Below are positions 45,446 through 57,143 of a stretch of DNA of 64,000 nucleotides, in pieces. A program made the position numbers and the translations under genes. This DNA is from Octopus vulgaris (lineage: Eukaryota), in contig OX597820.1 of the NCBI GenBank assembly GCA_951406725.2, forward strand, positions 5,890,001-5,954,000, in the 5' to 3' direction. The notes beneath the pieces are model-generated. The model was not told where the DNA came from. It did no database searches and was given only the letters and a program-made list of their open reading frames with translations. Positions within the stretch are counted from its first letter, which is position 1. Each line of letters opens with the position of its first letter.

Positions 45446-45805
45446 CAAAACAGCCAGTAGTAAAATCTCAAAAAGAGATCAGAGTAGTAACTATGCTAAC
45501 AAGTAAATTTAATCACCACATCAAAGTGGCTGCTCCATTTTATGACTAGTTGTAACCCCACGCTGATTCTCCACCAGCTGGTTGTCGGTGCGACGCGGCA
45601 CCCTTTATGTACAATATATATTGTTATTAAGAGGAGCGAACACCTACCATCCTCTAGCAGACAACAGGATCACGAGACTGAGTTCGTTTCGAAGTGGTTG
45701 GCTCATCTTCATTTCTGAGTACCTGGTCGCCAGAGTGACAGACAGAATCCGCTCCAGTCAGCAATATATTGCAAACAAAGCGATCATACACGCAAACATA
45801 CATAT

Positions 45806-45968
45806 ACGATGGGCTTCTTTGAGTTTCCGTCTACCAAATCCACTCACAAGGCTTTGGTCGTCTTGACCCTAAATCAGAAGATACTTGTCCAAGGTGCCAC
45901 TCAATGGGGATGAATCCGGAACAACCTGGTCGAGAAGCAAGCTTCTTCCCACACAGCCCCTCCTGCGT
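45806..45968 (-). mobile_element. SINE family A 5' half, diverged
   Basis: gtttccgtctaccaaatccactcacaaggctttggtcg. Confidence 0.8.
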
Positions 45969-46009
45969 CTATATTTGAAAATATATGTGTATATTATATA
46001 TGTGTGAAT

Positions 46010-46054
<45 letters not shown>

Positions 46055-46062
<8 letters not shown>

Positions 46063-46202
46063 TATACGTATATATGAATATACGTATATATGAATATACG
46101 TATATATGAATATACGTATATATGAATATACGTATATATGAATATACGTATATATGAATATACGTATATACGAATATATGTATATACGAATATATGTATA
46201 TA

Positions 46203-46210
<8 letters not shown>
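46055..46210. repeat. 16-bp minisatellite (gaatatacgtatatat)n
   Basis: About seven regular units, decaying into TA. Confidence 0.88.
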
Positions 46211-46236
<26 letters not shown>

Positions 46237-46287
46237 TATATATATATATATATATGATATATATGTATATATATATATATATGAATA

Positions 46288-46326
<39 letters not shown>

Positions 46327-46759
46327 ATATATGTATATGAATATATACATGAATATATATCTATATCTATTTATTTATATATATTTACAGGGATATAGAT
46401 ACATGTCCGCATACACACACACACACACACACACATACCTGTCCGTTTGTTTATATGTAATTGTGCCTGTGTATGTCTATACTGGTAAGAAGTAATAAAT
46501 TATCAAGAGAAATACGGTTCCCCTGTCGTTAACAGTACAGAATGTTGTCTATCCACCATGACACACGTATTGCAATGTGAGGAGGAGGGAGGAGGAGGAG
46601 GGGAGGGGGAGAAGAAAAGGGAGGGAGGCAGAATTCTTCTGACAAAGAGAGGTAAATACAACAGATTGGCGTTCATCATTAATTATGTTGTGATGTTTCA
46701 CCCTCATGTCAGGAATGATATATATATATATATATATACACACACATATATGTTTATAT

Positions 46760-47405
46760 GCAGGAGTGGCTGCGTGGTGTGCACCTTGCTTCCCAACCAC
46801 ATGGTTCCGGGTTCAGTCCCACTGCGTGGCACCTTGAGCAAGTGTCTTCTACTATAGCCTCCGGCCGACCAAAGCCTTGTCTGTGGATTTAGTAGACGGA
46901 AACTGAAAGAAGCCCGTCGTATATATATATATAATGTATTAATAAATAAAACATATGCATATATATATACATATATGTACGTACCTACCTCTACATGTAT
47001 ATATACACGCATATATGAGTACAGGACACCAAAAAAACGTCGAACACAATGAGAAACGAAAACATAGACACAAACCCAAGGAACTGGACATTTTTTAAAC
47101 AACAAAAAATAGAGTACAGGACAATTAACACAAAGAAAAAACCTTCTTCAGTCGCCATGGTTTCATCTACTCTATGCGTGTGTGTTTGTGTTTATGTGTC
47201 TCTGTTTGTCCTCCCACCATCACTTGACAACCGTTGTTGGTCTGTTTGCGTCCCCGTTAGCTAACGGTTCAGCAAAAGAAACCGTTAAAATAAGTACTAG
47301 GCTTACAATGCATAAGTTCTGGAGTCGATTTATTCGACTAAAAACCGTGCTCCAGCATAGCCGCAGTCAAATGACTAAAAAAAGTGAAAAAATAAATGGA
47401 TAAAA
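46760..47405 (+). mobile_element. SINE family A with an insertion (~46960-47180) in its internal microsatellite
   Basis: Head at 46760-46920 and tail at 47185-47405. Confidence 0.8.
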
Positions 47406-47436
47406 GAATATATATGCATATACTTATATGTACATA

Positions 47437-47483
<47 letters not shown>

Positions 47484-47494
47484 GTATAATATTA

Positions 47495-47875
47495 GGGAGT
47501 ATGGCTCCAAACTTACCAACCACAGAGTTCCAGGTTCAGTTCCACTGCGTGGCAAGTGTCTTCTACTATAGCGTAGGGCCAACCGAAGCCTTGTGAATAC
47601 ATTTAGTAGACGGAAACTGGAAGAAGCCCGTCGTATATATATATATATATATGTATGTGAGTAAATGTTTGTTGTCTGTGTTGGATCCCCTCCCCCGCCA
47701 CCATCATGTGACCACCGTTGCTGGTGTGTTTACGTCCCCGTAACTCAGCGGTTCGGCAAAGTGACCGATAGAATAAGTATTAGGCATACAAAGAATAAGT
47801 CCTGGGTCGATTTGCTCGACTAAAGGTGGTACTCCAGCATGGCCGCAGTCAAATGACTGAAACAAATAAAAGAAT
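47495..47875 (+). mobile_element. SINE family A, diverged
   Basis: Head and tail motifs are present. Confidence 0.82.
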
Positions 47876-48177
47876 ACAGTTATACATACACATGTGGAAG
47901 AGGTTGGCTCCAACTCTTCAAAATGGCCGATGAATTTTATTCGTGTCTTTTTCTTGTTTACTTGACCAAATAATTCTGAATATCCGAAAATGTTGTGATG
48001 GAACGCCTTTGATAGTGACTGTTCCGTCCGACTGGCTTGGTGTTAAACAACCGAATACACACACACACACACACACACATGGTTATATAAGTAGGAGTTG
48101 CGTGCATACATGTGCGTGCGTGTGTATACATGTAGACGCATGCACATATATGTGTATGATTACAAATATACATATAT

Positions 48178-48577
48178 ATTTCTTAACTGACCACAAGGGG
48201 CTAAACATAAAGGGGAGAAACAAGGACAGACAAACGGATTAAGTCGGTTACATTGACCCCAGTGCGAAACTGGTACTTAATTTACCGACCCCGAAAGGAT
48301 GAAAGGCAAAGTCGACCTCGGCGGAATTTGAACACAGAACCTAAAGACAGACGAAATACCTCTTTCATTACTACCCACAAGGGGCTAAACATAGAGGAGA
48401 CAAACGGATTAAGTCGATTATATCGACCCCAGTGCGTAACTGGTACTTTATTTATCGACCCCAGAAGGATGAAAGGCAAAGTCGACCTCGGCGGAATTTG
48501 AACTCAGAATGTAATGGCAGACGAAATACCGCTAAGCATTTCGCCCGGCGTGCTAACGTTTCTGCCAGCTCGCCGCC
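48178..48577 (-). mobile_element. SINE family C with duplicated body
   Basis: Two tandem bodies and one head; flanks attacaaatatacatata / attacaaatgtatatata resemble a TSD. Confidence 0.87.
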
Positions 48578-49803
48578 CCTAATTACAAATGTATATATAC
48601 TCATGCCATGTATGCATGTATGTATGTATATTTATGTGTGTGTGTATATATGTATACGTATATATATAAATTTATATGTGTGTGAATGTGTGTGTGTGTG
48701 CGCGCGCGTGCACTGAATCTGGTTGTTAAACCATTACAATTGCGTAATAGTTTGTGGAACAATGTACCATGGACTACATTATCAAATGGATCCTTTATTT
48801 TATGACATATATATAGTGATTTAAGAGAAATTTAGCTGCTACTTGCAGAAGGTCAGGCGACTCTGTAGGCAATTAGTCGTTTGTTGGTTGCGATGGTAAG
48901 CTTATCTTTGCATAGCTTGTAAACCCGTCAATCTAAAATACGTTCTCCATAACGTAGATGATAAATCAGAAATAAGACCCAGATGGATCAAATCTCCAGC
49001 AAAAAGAATCCACTCTGAGTTGTTTGATGTCTCTACTCTGAGAGTCACCTATTATATTGTTACAGTCAGTAATCATTCGCAGAAAGGCATGAAGGTAACT
49101 CAATCTCGTCTGTGTTAGTAATGAAAGTCACTTTGCGTTGACTTACGCAAAAGGATCAGTGAAGTTATATAGATGGCGGTCGTGTGTAAAGTATCTGATA
49201 TCGAAAGAGGGTGAAGAGTATGTTTTCGTGGCATAACATGCAGCTTCACTGCGCATGGGAGATATCAGCTGTCTGCAATATCACGCGAACTGCTGTCATC
49301 TAGATTGATTAGCAGCAACGAGCTTTCTTTGAAGATATTCTGGACGGAATTATCATGTCTGTAAGTTACGTATGCTCGGGGTAGAGCGGAACATATATTT
49401 ATATCTAATGTATGTGTGCGCACATGTATGTATGTCTGTACGTGTAGATTTGTATGTGCACATAAACACACACACACACACACACACACACATGCGTGTC
49501 TAGAAGTTCACACACCCCAATACAGGAAGATGTGTGACAAAGGACAAAACGGTTTTTGCGGTTTTAATTCACGTTACAAAGTTGTTTTGGTTATCTTTAA
49601 CGATGTTGATTCTCGTTATCCCATAGCAGTATTTGTGTGTGTGTTGATGTGTATTAGTATAGATGTATGTGTCTACAAACACAAATACTTACACTTAAAA
49701 ACACACACCTGTGTGTGAGTGTGTTTGTGTGTATGATTGATCGTTAGCTACTACACACATTTTTTTTCTCTCCTTGTTTCTCTCCCTGTTTTTATCTGTG
49801 TCC

Positions 49804-49839
49804 CTTTCTGTAGAAGAGCGTAGGCTCGAAACGTAAAAG
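49804..49839 (+). ncRNA. Minimal hammerhead-like motif, core variant CUGUAGA (element 49735-49935)
   Basis: cttt-CUGUAGA-a-gagc gtag gctc-GAAA-cg-UA-aaag. Confidence 0.62.
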
Positions 49840-49952
49840 ACTTTCTCTATTCCTGAGCGTTATACTAATAAATCTGTTTGTTTTGTACACCACCTGTCTT
49901 CGTTTTTTTTTTTTTTTTTTCGTAAACTCTCCCTCTCTCTCTCTATATATAT

Positions 49953-50085
49953 ATATTGTTATATTTCGGAATGGTCATTTTGCCAGTTTAGCCAATAAAA
50001 ACACACGCACTATATATTTGGTGTTAATTTGCTTCAGTGTTATTGGCTAAACTGGCAAAATGACCATTCCGAAATATAACAATAT
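49953..50085. repeat. Fold-back, 46-bp perfect arms, 41-bp spacer
   Basis: atattgttatatttcggaatggtcattttgccagtttagccaataa and its reverse complement. Confidence 0.93.
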
Positions 50086-50138
50086 CTGTTTCAACACACG
50101 ACTTCGCATAAAAAATCTTGCACAACAAATATTTAAAC

Positions 50139-50179
<41 letters not shown>

Positions 50180-50310
50180 AACAAAGTGTGGCGTCCTATA
50201 CAGGCCAGTGCTACTGACGTTTATAGCCCTGCTAGTTAACGACACATATTCTGTGTCCGATTAGTATTTGCGAGGGGAGGTCATAGCTCACTTCCCTAGC
50301 CTTACGTTAT

Positions 50311-50357
50311 ACATACGGAGTCGAGTTTCTGAGTGGTTACCCGTCCTCACCATGTGT
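50311..50357 (-). ncRNA. Hammerhead variant in the left arm (C3 to G, altered stem III)
   Basis: Minus strand: acatg-GUGAGGA-cgggtaaccactca-GAAA-ctcgac-UC-cgtat. Confidence 0.45.
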
Positions 50358-50611
50358 TAATCACCAGTTCGTGATGAAAGTTCATTCCACTCGTAGATTA
50401 CTATATGCTGTTTCCACCGACGAACCGTCGCTGATTTCGAAAAAGGATAAATAAGCTCTATTAAATCTCTGACCTGCTACTGTTTGTATCTCGCTCAAGG
50501 ATTTAATATAACTTATTTCTCCTTTTACGAGATCAGCGACGGTTCGTCGTTGGAAACAACATTTAGTAATTTGGGAGTGAAACGAACTTTCATCACTTGC
50601 TGGGGATTAAC

Positions 50612-50654
50612 ACATGCTGAGGACGGGTAACCACCCAGAAACTCGAGTCCGTGT
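50612..50654 (+). ncRNA. Type I hammerhead, intact core
   Basis: acatg-CUGAGGA-c gggt aacc accc a-GAAA-ctcgag-UC-cgtgt; palindromic stem III actcgagt. Confidence 0.87.
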
Positions 50655-51030
50655 TTATCACGGAAAGCTAGGGATGAGAGAGATGACCTCTAATACTAAT
50701 CAGACACAGAATGTGTGTCGTTGGCCAGCTGGAAGAGATATCTTCCTGGGGCTATAAACGTCAGTAGCACTGACCCGTATAAATTTGGGTGGCAATTATA
50801 TGTTACGTTTCTGTATTGCTACTGTTTATATCTCGTTCAGAGATTTAATACAGCCTGTATATATATATTACCGACCAGGCTATCAGATGTTACTACACAT
50901 CGCTGGTCACAATGCGCTTCGCATTGTTTTTTAGCCTTGAAATGACGCCACCCCGCTGGCTAAGCGAGCAGGCCGACAGAAGAAAGAGTGAGAGAAAGGA
51001 ATGAGAAGCCAGGTCCGAAATTTCGCCAAG

Positions 51031-51074
51031 ACACCTGATGAAGGCTGGAGGGTATATCAGCCTAAACGTTGTGT
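51031..51074 (+). ncRNA. Minimal type I hammerhead (G12 to U)
   Basis: acac-CUGAUGA-a-ggctg gagggtatat cagcc-UAAA-cg-UU-gtgt. Confidence 0.62.
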
Positions 51075-51906
51075 TAACAACAAACAAGATGAAGACAAAT
51101 ATCCGTCGAATGTAAATAATGTAAATAATGTAAATAATTCCTCATCTCTTAAATATAGAACTGAACTGATTATCAGATTGAGCTCAGTCTTCTTCTAGCC
51201 ACTGCTCGTCGTCTCTTTTTAACCAAATCCAGTTCCTTGCTTTTTCCACTGTAGTCTAAATATCACTCATAGTGGTATTTGCTTTACAATGGGTTAGGCC
51301 TAACAATAACAACAGTTGCCTCACACTGTGTCCCACGAAATAATAGCAAATTTACTGTCTTATAGAGGAACGTTTAGAATGAATCCTTTATTCAGAGAGT
51401 GTTAACACTCAAGGAATGAATAGGGTGGGCATAATTAGGATATCTCTTAACATAGATCTGTTGGATCAAACTTAAGCTAGGTGTGAACAACAACAATATG
51501 AAGAAGAAATAGAAATGGGACACGAAGCGGGAAGGAAGACACTGTGCCAGAAATGATTGACTGAAACGGTTTGGGTGCTTTTGTGAAAGATTTTGTATTT
51601 GTTTCAACGTAAAGGTAAGTTACATAAATGGAGCTATCGCTATCATTGAGATAAGATAGATAAATAGATAGACAGATAGATGGACATATAGTTAAACAAA
51701 CGCTCACAGACATGCATGTGTGTGTGTGTTTGTGCATGTGTGTTTGCGGGTGTGTGTGGGTGTGTGAATATATGTATGTATGAATGGTTGTAAACACCGA
51801 CAGACGTTTTACAAAGGAAAACAGTAGAATTCGCAGAACTGCTTATTCAACAAAATACAGGAAATACTACATTCAAAATATACACAATAAACTCTTGTAT
51901 GTATTT

Positions 51907-51954
<48 letters not shown>

Positions 51955-52066
51955 TACAAAAAATTCAGGGTGAATACTTGATAACTGTAAGCACCTGTAT
52001 ATGCCAGTTAGTGGTGTAGGTGATAGGGTATATTTATCAAAAGAAAAACAGGATGCAAAGGATTTA

Positions 52067-52153
52067 GCGGTACATATGTTTCTGGCTTTATTGGACAGTT
52101 TATATCAATGCATAATTGATGTAACATGTATGTCAATAGCCTTCTTCAGCTGC
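52067..52153 (-). ncRNA. Type I hammerhead, left-arm copy with one stem I mismatch
   Basis: Minus strand: gcag-CUGAAGA-aggct...agcca-GAAA-catatg-UA-ccgc. Confidence 0.72.
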
Positions 52154-52811
52154 GCACAATTACCACACCAAAGACATGTATTTACATTATAGCAGGTTTG
52201 AGAAGTTTGGGAAAAATAGGGGTTTCGTTGGGGATGCAAATCCTCATAGTCGTATACAGCAGAGCGAGATATCAAAACAAAACGTCCATACTGTTTTTCA
52301 CTCGATATAGAATAAGGAGGTTGGATGTTGAGGTAAAGAGGGAGGGGGTAGAAGGGGGTAGAAGGGGGTGAATCTTTAATGAGTTTGGGATCACAAAGAG
52401 GAAAAATAGTAAGTGCAAAATGTAATAAAAAAGTAAAAATGTACGTCTTTTATTTTTTCGCTTCTTTATCTTTATATATTTATATACTTATATACTTATT
52501 TTTTTACTCTTATTTTTTTACATTACTTTTTTTACATTTTTACTTTTTTATTACATTTTGCACTTACTATTTTTCCTCTTTGTGATCCCAAACTCATTAA
52601 AGATTCACCCCCTTCCACCTGTTCCCTCTTTACCTCAACATCCAACCTCCTCATTCTATATCGAGTGAAAAACAGTATGGACGTTTTGTTTTGATGTCTC
52701 GCTCTGCTGTATACGACTATGAGGATTTGCATCCCCAACGAAACCCCTATTTTTCCCAAACTTCTCAAACCTGCTATAATGTAATACATGTCTTTGGTGT
52801 GGTAATTGTGC

Positions 52812-52898
52812 GCGGCTGAAGAAGGCTATTGACATACATGTTACATCAATTATGCATTGATATAAACTGTCCAATAAAGCCAGAAACATATGTACCGC
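52812..52898 (+). ncRNA. Type I hammerhead, intact core, long stem II
   Basis: gcgg-CUGAAGA-a ggctattgaca...tgtccaataaagcc a-GAAA-catatg-UA-ccgc; palindromic stem III acatatgt. Confidence 0.87.
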
Positions 52899-53029
52899 TA
52901 AATCCTTTGCATCCTGTTTTTCCTTTGATCAATATATATATATATATATATATGTTTGTATATGCATTTGTTTTTATGTATATATATGTATGTATATCTA
53001 TCTATGTATCTCTATATATATAAAACACT

Positions 53030-53091
<62 letters not shown>

Positions 53092-53156
53092 GGTCCCGGG
53101 TTGAGTCGGGGTTAACCACAGTAAATAAGGTACTCAATACATGGCAGAATAAATAA

Positions 53157-53270
53157 ATTTATTTTATAGAAGGAGCTTCTACAGGACTAGAACTGTTTCA
53201 TTCAAATGAAATCGATTTCATTTGAATGAAACAGTTCTAGTCCTGTAGAAGCTCCTTCTATAAAATAAAT
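53157..53270. repeat. Perfect 114-bp spacerless palindrome built from the 3' half of the 29027-family hammerhead
   Basis: Centre atc|gat at 53213/53214; each arm reads gatttcatttgaatgaaacagttctagtcctgtagaagctccttctata outward. Confidence 0.95.
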
Positions 53271-53399
53271 ATATATATATATATGAGTGTGTGTGTGTGT
53301 GTCTATAAACATGTGTATGCGTGTGTATTTGTGTCTGTACATATATACATGTGTTTGTATGGTTGGATGTGTGGAACAGATTAAAGTCTAATCCTGATT

Positions 53400-53780
53400 G
53401 TCGTTCCTGGCTGGATTATATCCATCCATAATCGTTGTCATGTTTTTTGCAGCACATTGATGAATTCCAACAAAATTCTTCCCAATTGAACCCAAGCTCT
53501 TCAGCTGCCGTTTTTGTCCACCTTTCTCTTGATATTGTCCATCCTTTGCCTTCTTTGCCTGCCCCTTGATCTAATGTCTACTTCTCTTCCTTTCATGATA
53601 ATATTTTCCACATAGCGCAGGAGTGGCTGTGTGGTAACTAGCTTGTTTACCAACCACATGGTTCCAGGTTCAGTCCCACTGCGTGGCACCTTGGGCAAGT
53701 ATCTTCTGCTATAGCCCCGGGCCGACCAAAGCCTTGTGAGTTGATTTGGTAGACGGAAACTGAAAGAAGCCCGTCGTATG

Positions 53781-53827
<47 letters not shown>

Positions 53828-54155
53828 ATGTTTGTGTGTCTGTGTTTGTCCCTCTAGCATTGCTTGACAACCGATGCTGGTGTGTTTGTGTCCCCGTTAC
53901 TTAGCGGTTCGGCAAAAGAGACTGATAGAATAAGTACTGGGCTTACAAAGAATAAGTCCTGGGGTTGATTTGCTCGACTAAAGGCGGTGCTCCAGCATTG
54001 TCACAGTCACATGACTGAAACAAGTAAAAGAGTAAAAGAGTAAAGAGTATCTCTGCTTCTTCGAATATGGCCACAATATATGAACTTTTGTTTTTTCATT
54101 ATGTTCAGGAGTTGTTTTATTTCACCTGCTTGTTGTGACACCCACTCATTTTCCT
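53400..54155 (-). pseudogene. RTE-like LINE 3' fragment interrupted by a SINE
   Basis: LLNIMKKQKFIYCGHI...ENIIMKG...RSRGRQRRQRMDNIK. Confidence 0.7.
53615..54047 (+). mobile_element. Full-length SINE family A
   Basis: Head, internal microsatellite and tail. Confidence 0.9.
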
Positions 54156-54229
54156 GAAACATTTCATTAGGTTAATTAAGCAGCTTTACATTTAACAAGA
54201 GTCCAGCATTTAAATAAATAATGAGAACA

Positions 54230-54830
54230 CAGAAAAGTTCAAAAATTGGAAAGCAGCTTACCAGGGATGTATCCTTTCTCCATGTTTGTTCAAAATCTAC
54301 ACTGAGTGGATAATGGTGGAAAGAATACAGGGAAAAAAGATGGTATCAAATTGCAATGACTTGCATATTTCTAATCTAAGATATGCAGACGATACTATTC
54401 TACTTGCCAAGACTGAAACCAAACTACAAGAAATACGAGAGTCGAGAAGGTCTCAAACACATGGTCTTTATCTCAGCCATAAAAAGAAACAAAAGTTAGT
54501 AGTAGGAAAAGAGAAAGTAAATGTTAACATGAAATTGGGCCGTGAGTGGCTGAAATGGGTTGAATTGTACAAGTATCTGGGAGCCTAAATCTCTGAGGAA
54601 ACGACATGTAACAAAGAAATTAGGACATGGTAGGCCATGGCAATTTCTAGCCATGGCAATGCCAAGAACGTCCACAGAAAAGTTAATAACATCTGGAGCA
54701 GTAAAAGTGCTCAAACTAAGTTTGAAGCAAGGCTGGTGCGAGCATTGATGTTTGCCAAAAGGCATTTAAAAATGGTTGCGAAGAGAAAATGATTAATGTA
54801 CATGAAATGTGGGTGTTTAAGAGTAAATTA
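54230..54830 (+). pseudogene. RTE-like reverse transcriptase fragment
   Basis: QGCILSP-like region, ISNLRYADDTILLA, YKYLG. Confidence 0.82.
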
Positions 54831-55489
54831 GCAGTTTCTAGCAAGAACTACCAAATTCTACCCAAGAACCATAGAAAGCCGTTGTCGTGCGAAACTCAAA
54901 TTAGAGTTCCAAATGTTAGCTTCAAATGTTTATGTTTCAAATCAGAGTTTGCTTCAAAAGGATAAATTGCCGATATTATTAGGGAATGAGGCAGATATTA
55001 TTTGAAATGGCTGAAAATGTGTTTTATTTTCCAAACTAAACACCTGTAAACGCGTTCTTTATAGGTGTTGACCAGTGGTGGGTGTTTGAAAAAAAAGGGA
55101 TTAATAGTTGTTCGCTGTACAAAAAGGTGCAAAAAGAATTCCCGTTGTCATAGGAAAAGAATCTTGACAAAATTTCCCTTTAAAGAACGTGTTTACAAGT
55201 ATTTACATTGGAAAAAGACACACTTTCAGCTATTTCAAGAATTATCTGTCCCCTTACCTAACAATATCTGCAATTTACACTTTATTATTTTCATCCTATA
55301 CATCCCATTCTTTCCTTTATCATTTCTAGCCATTTGCCATTCACCTCTATTTGTTTATACCTCCATTACTCCTTTAACTCACTTTCTCTCCTCCTTCTCT
55401 TCTTCTCTCGTCCTATGACATCAATTTTCTTAACAGTATTTTAAAATTACTAACGTACCTATCCACCTTTGTTTTTTTTATATATTATA

Positions 55490-55859
55490 CTAGCAGTATC
55501 GCCCGGCGTTGCTCGGGTTTGTAAGGGAAATAACTATAAAGCATTTTTAGAGAGTTATAGCCAAAAAATGGAAAAAAAATGATGGTAAATTTGTTTTTAG
55601 TTAAAAAGGTCGAGTTGCGTCCCCTAGACAGTCTGTGGTTTGTGTTTCTGATTCTCGACCCCATGTCGAATTTATCGATTTTTTCAGAACTGGGGGAACT
55701 TTTCAAAATTTTCACTGCGTTAGTTTTGAATTATGACATTGGGCTATGTGTGTGTCAAGTTTCATCAGAATCGGTTGAAAGCAGTGGTCAGGGTGAGGGT
55801 ACAACCTAACAGACACACAGAAACACACACAGACAAACTGCCGTTTATATATAGAGAGA
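55490..55859 (-). mobile_element. Non-autonomous Helitron
   Basis: On the minus strand A|TC...cccgagcaacgccggg hairpin...CTAG|T. Confidence 0.85.
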
Positions 55860-56093
55860 TATTACATATTACAGTTTCTTACATTTGTAAAAATGACTTA
55901 CTAATGAGCACTGTTGTTTATAATCGCCTCCCTGATAAGATTGATACATTATTCTACATTATTGTTCCTCTCGGATTTAATTAGATGTATCAATCGAAAC
56001 ATATGTCTGTGATACGGTGATATAAATGATTTAAATAATATATTGTGCATTTGTCTCAATTTTCCATTACTCATATACATACATATATATCTA

Positions 56094-56211
<118 letters not shown>

Positions 56212-56256
56212 AAAATACGATAGGGGTGTTATGGGTGTAACCCACTATGGGATATC

Positions 56257-56490
56257 TGTTTCTTTAGTACCCACAAGGGGCTAAACATGGAGGGGACAAA
56301 CAAGGACAGACAAACGGATTAAGTCGATTACATCGAACCCAGAGCGTAACTGGTACTTAATTTATCGACCCCGAAAGGATGAAAGGCAAAATCGACCTCG
56401 GCGGAATTTGAACTCAGAACGTAACGGCAGACGAAATACAGCTACGCATTTCGCCCGGCATGCTAACGGTTCTGCCAGCTCGCCGCCTTT
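56257..56490 (-). mobile_element. SINE family C with 19-bp TSD
   Basis: taacccactatgggatatc at 56238-56256 and 56491-56509. Confidence 0.93.
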
Positions 56491-56521
56491 TAACCCACTA
56501 TGGGATATCATTTATCCAATA

Positions 56522-56895
56522 CTAGCAGTATCGCCCGGCGTTGCTCAGGTTTGTAAGGGAAATAACTATAAAGCATTTTTAGAGAGTTATAGCCAAAAAA
56601 TGGAAAAATATATGGTAATTTTTTTTTTGAGAGTTAAAAAAGGATGGAGTTGCGTCCCCTAGACAGTTTGTGGTTCGTGTTTCTGATTCTCGACCCCATG
56701 TCGAATTTATCGATTTTTTTCAGAACTGGCGGAACTTTTCAAAATTTTGGCTGCGTTAGTTTTGAATTATGACGTTGGGCTATGTGTGTGTCAAGTTTCA
56801 TCAGAATCGGTTGAAAGCCGTGGTCAGGGTGAGGGTACAAGCAAACAGACACACAGAAACACGCACAGACAAACTGCCGTTTATATATAGAGAGA
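56522..56895 (-). mobile_element. Non-autonomous Helitron, close copy of 55490-55859
   Basis: Same termini and body. Confidence 0.85.
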
Positions 56896-57008
56896 TACTG
56901 TTGGTAAAGTACCCGAATTCTTAATACATAAATGTTTTTAATTGCAATGCAATTAAGTCATTTATTGTATTAAACGGGTGAAGGTAAAGAAATATTTTTA
57001 CGTAAATT

Positions 57009-57143
57009 TATAATACAAATAAGAAAATGGAGAAACGAATTTAGTTTGTTCATCAACTTTCGGATATTAGAAAGTTGGATTATAATATCCGTAAGTTGAT
57101 GAACAAACTAAATTTGTTTCTCCATTTTCTTATTTGTATTATA
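57009..57143. repeat. Fold-back, ~61-bp arms, 13-bp spacer
   Basis: Two mismatches between arms; a single-arm copy lies at 59290-59343. Confidence 0.92.

Larger units (their letters stand above)
50176..50854. repeat. Imperfect ~300-bp inverted repeat plus a 342-bp-period direct repeat, in TA tracts
   Basis: 50176-50472 pairs with 50495-50794. tgctactgttt(g/a)tatctcg occurs at 50475 and 50817. Confidence 0.9.
52036..52930. repeat. Long inverted repeat, ~400-bp arms, ~89-bp spacer, in TA tracts
   Basis: 52036-52443 is the reverse complement of 52533-52930 with a few substitutions and small indels. Confidence 0.95.

Noticed and set aside
45672-45720. Minus-strand atgaaga...cgaaacg hammerhead-like string
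   Set aside because: C3 is missing and stems I and II pair poorly.
46055-46210. Regular repeat resembling a CRISPR array
   Set aside because: No unique spacers; a eukaryotic minisatellite derived from TA.
47140-47180. Minus-strand ctgaagaagg in an insert within a SINE (also 1591-1612)
   Set aside because: Only half of the core is present; no downstream GAAA with closing stems was found.
51999-52889. Matching ORF pairs on opposite strands
   Set aside because: A by-product of the palindrome; no recognisable protein.
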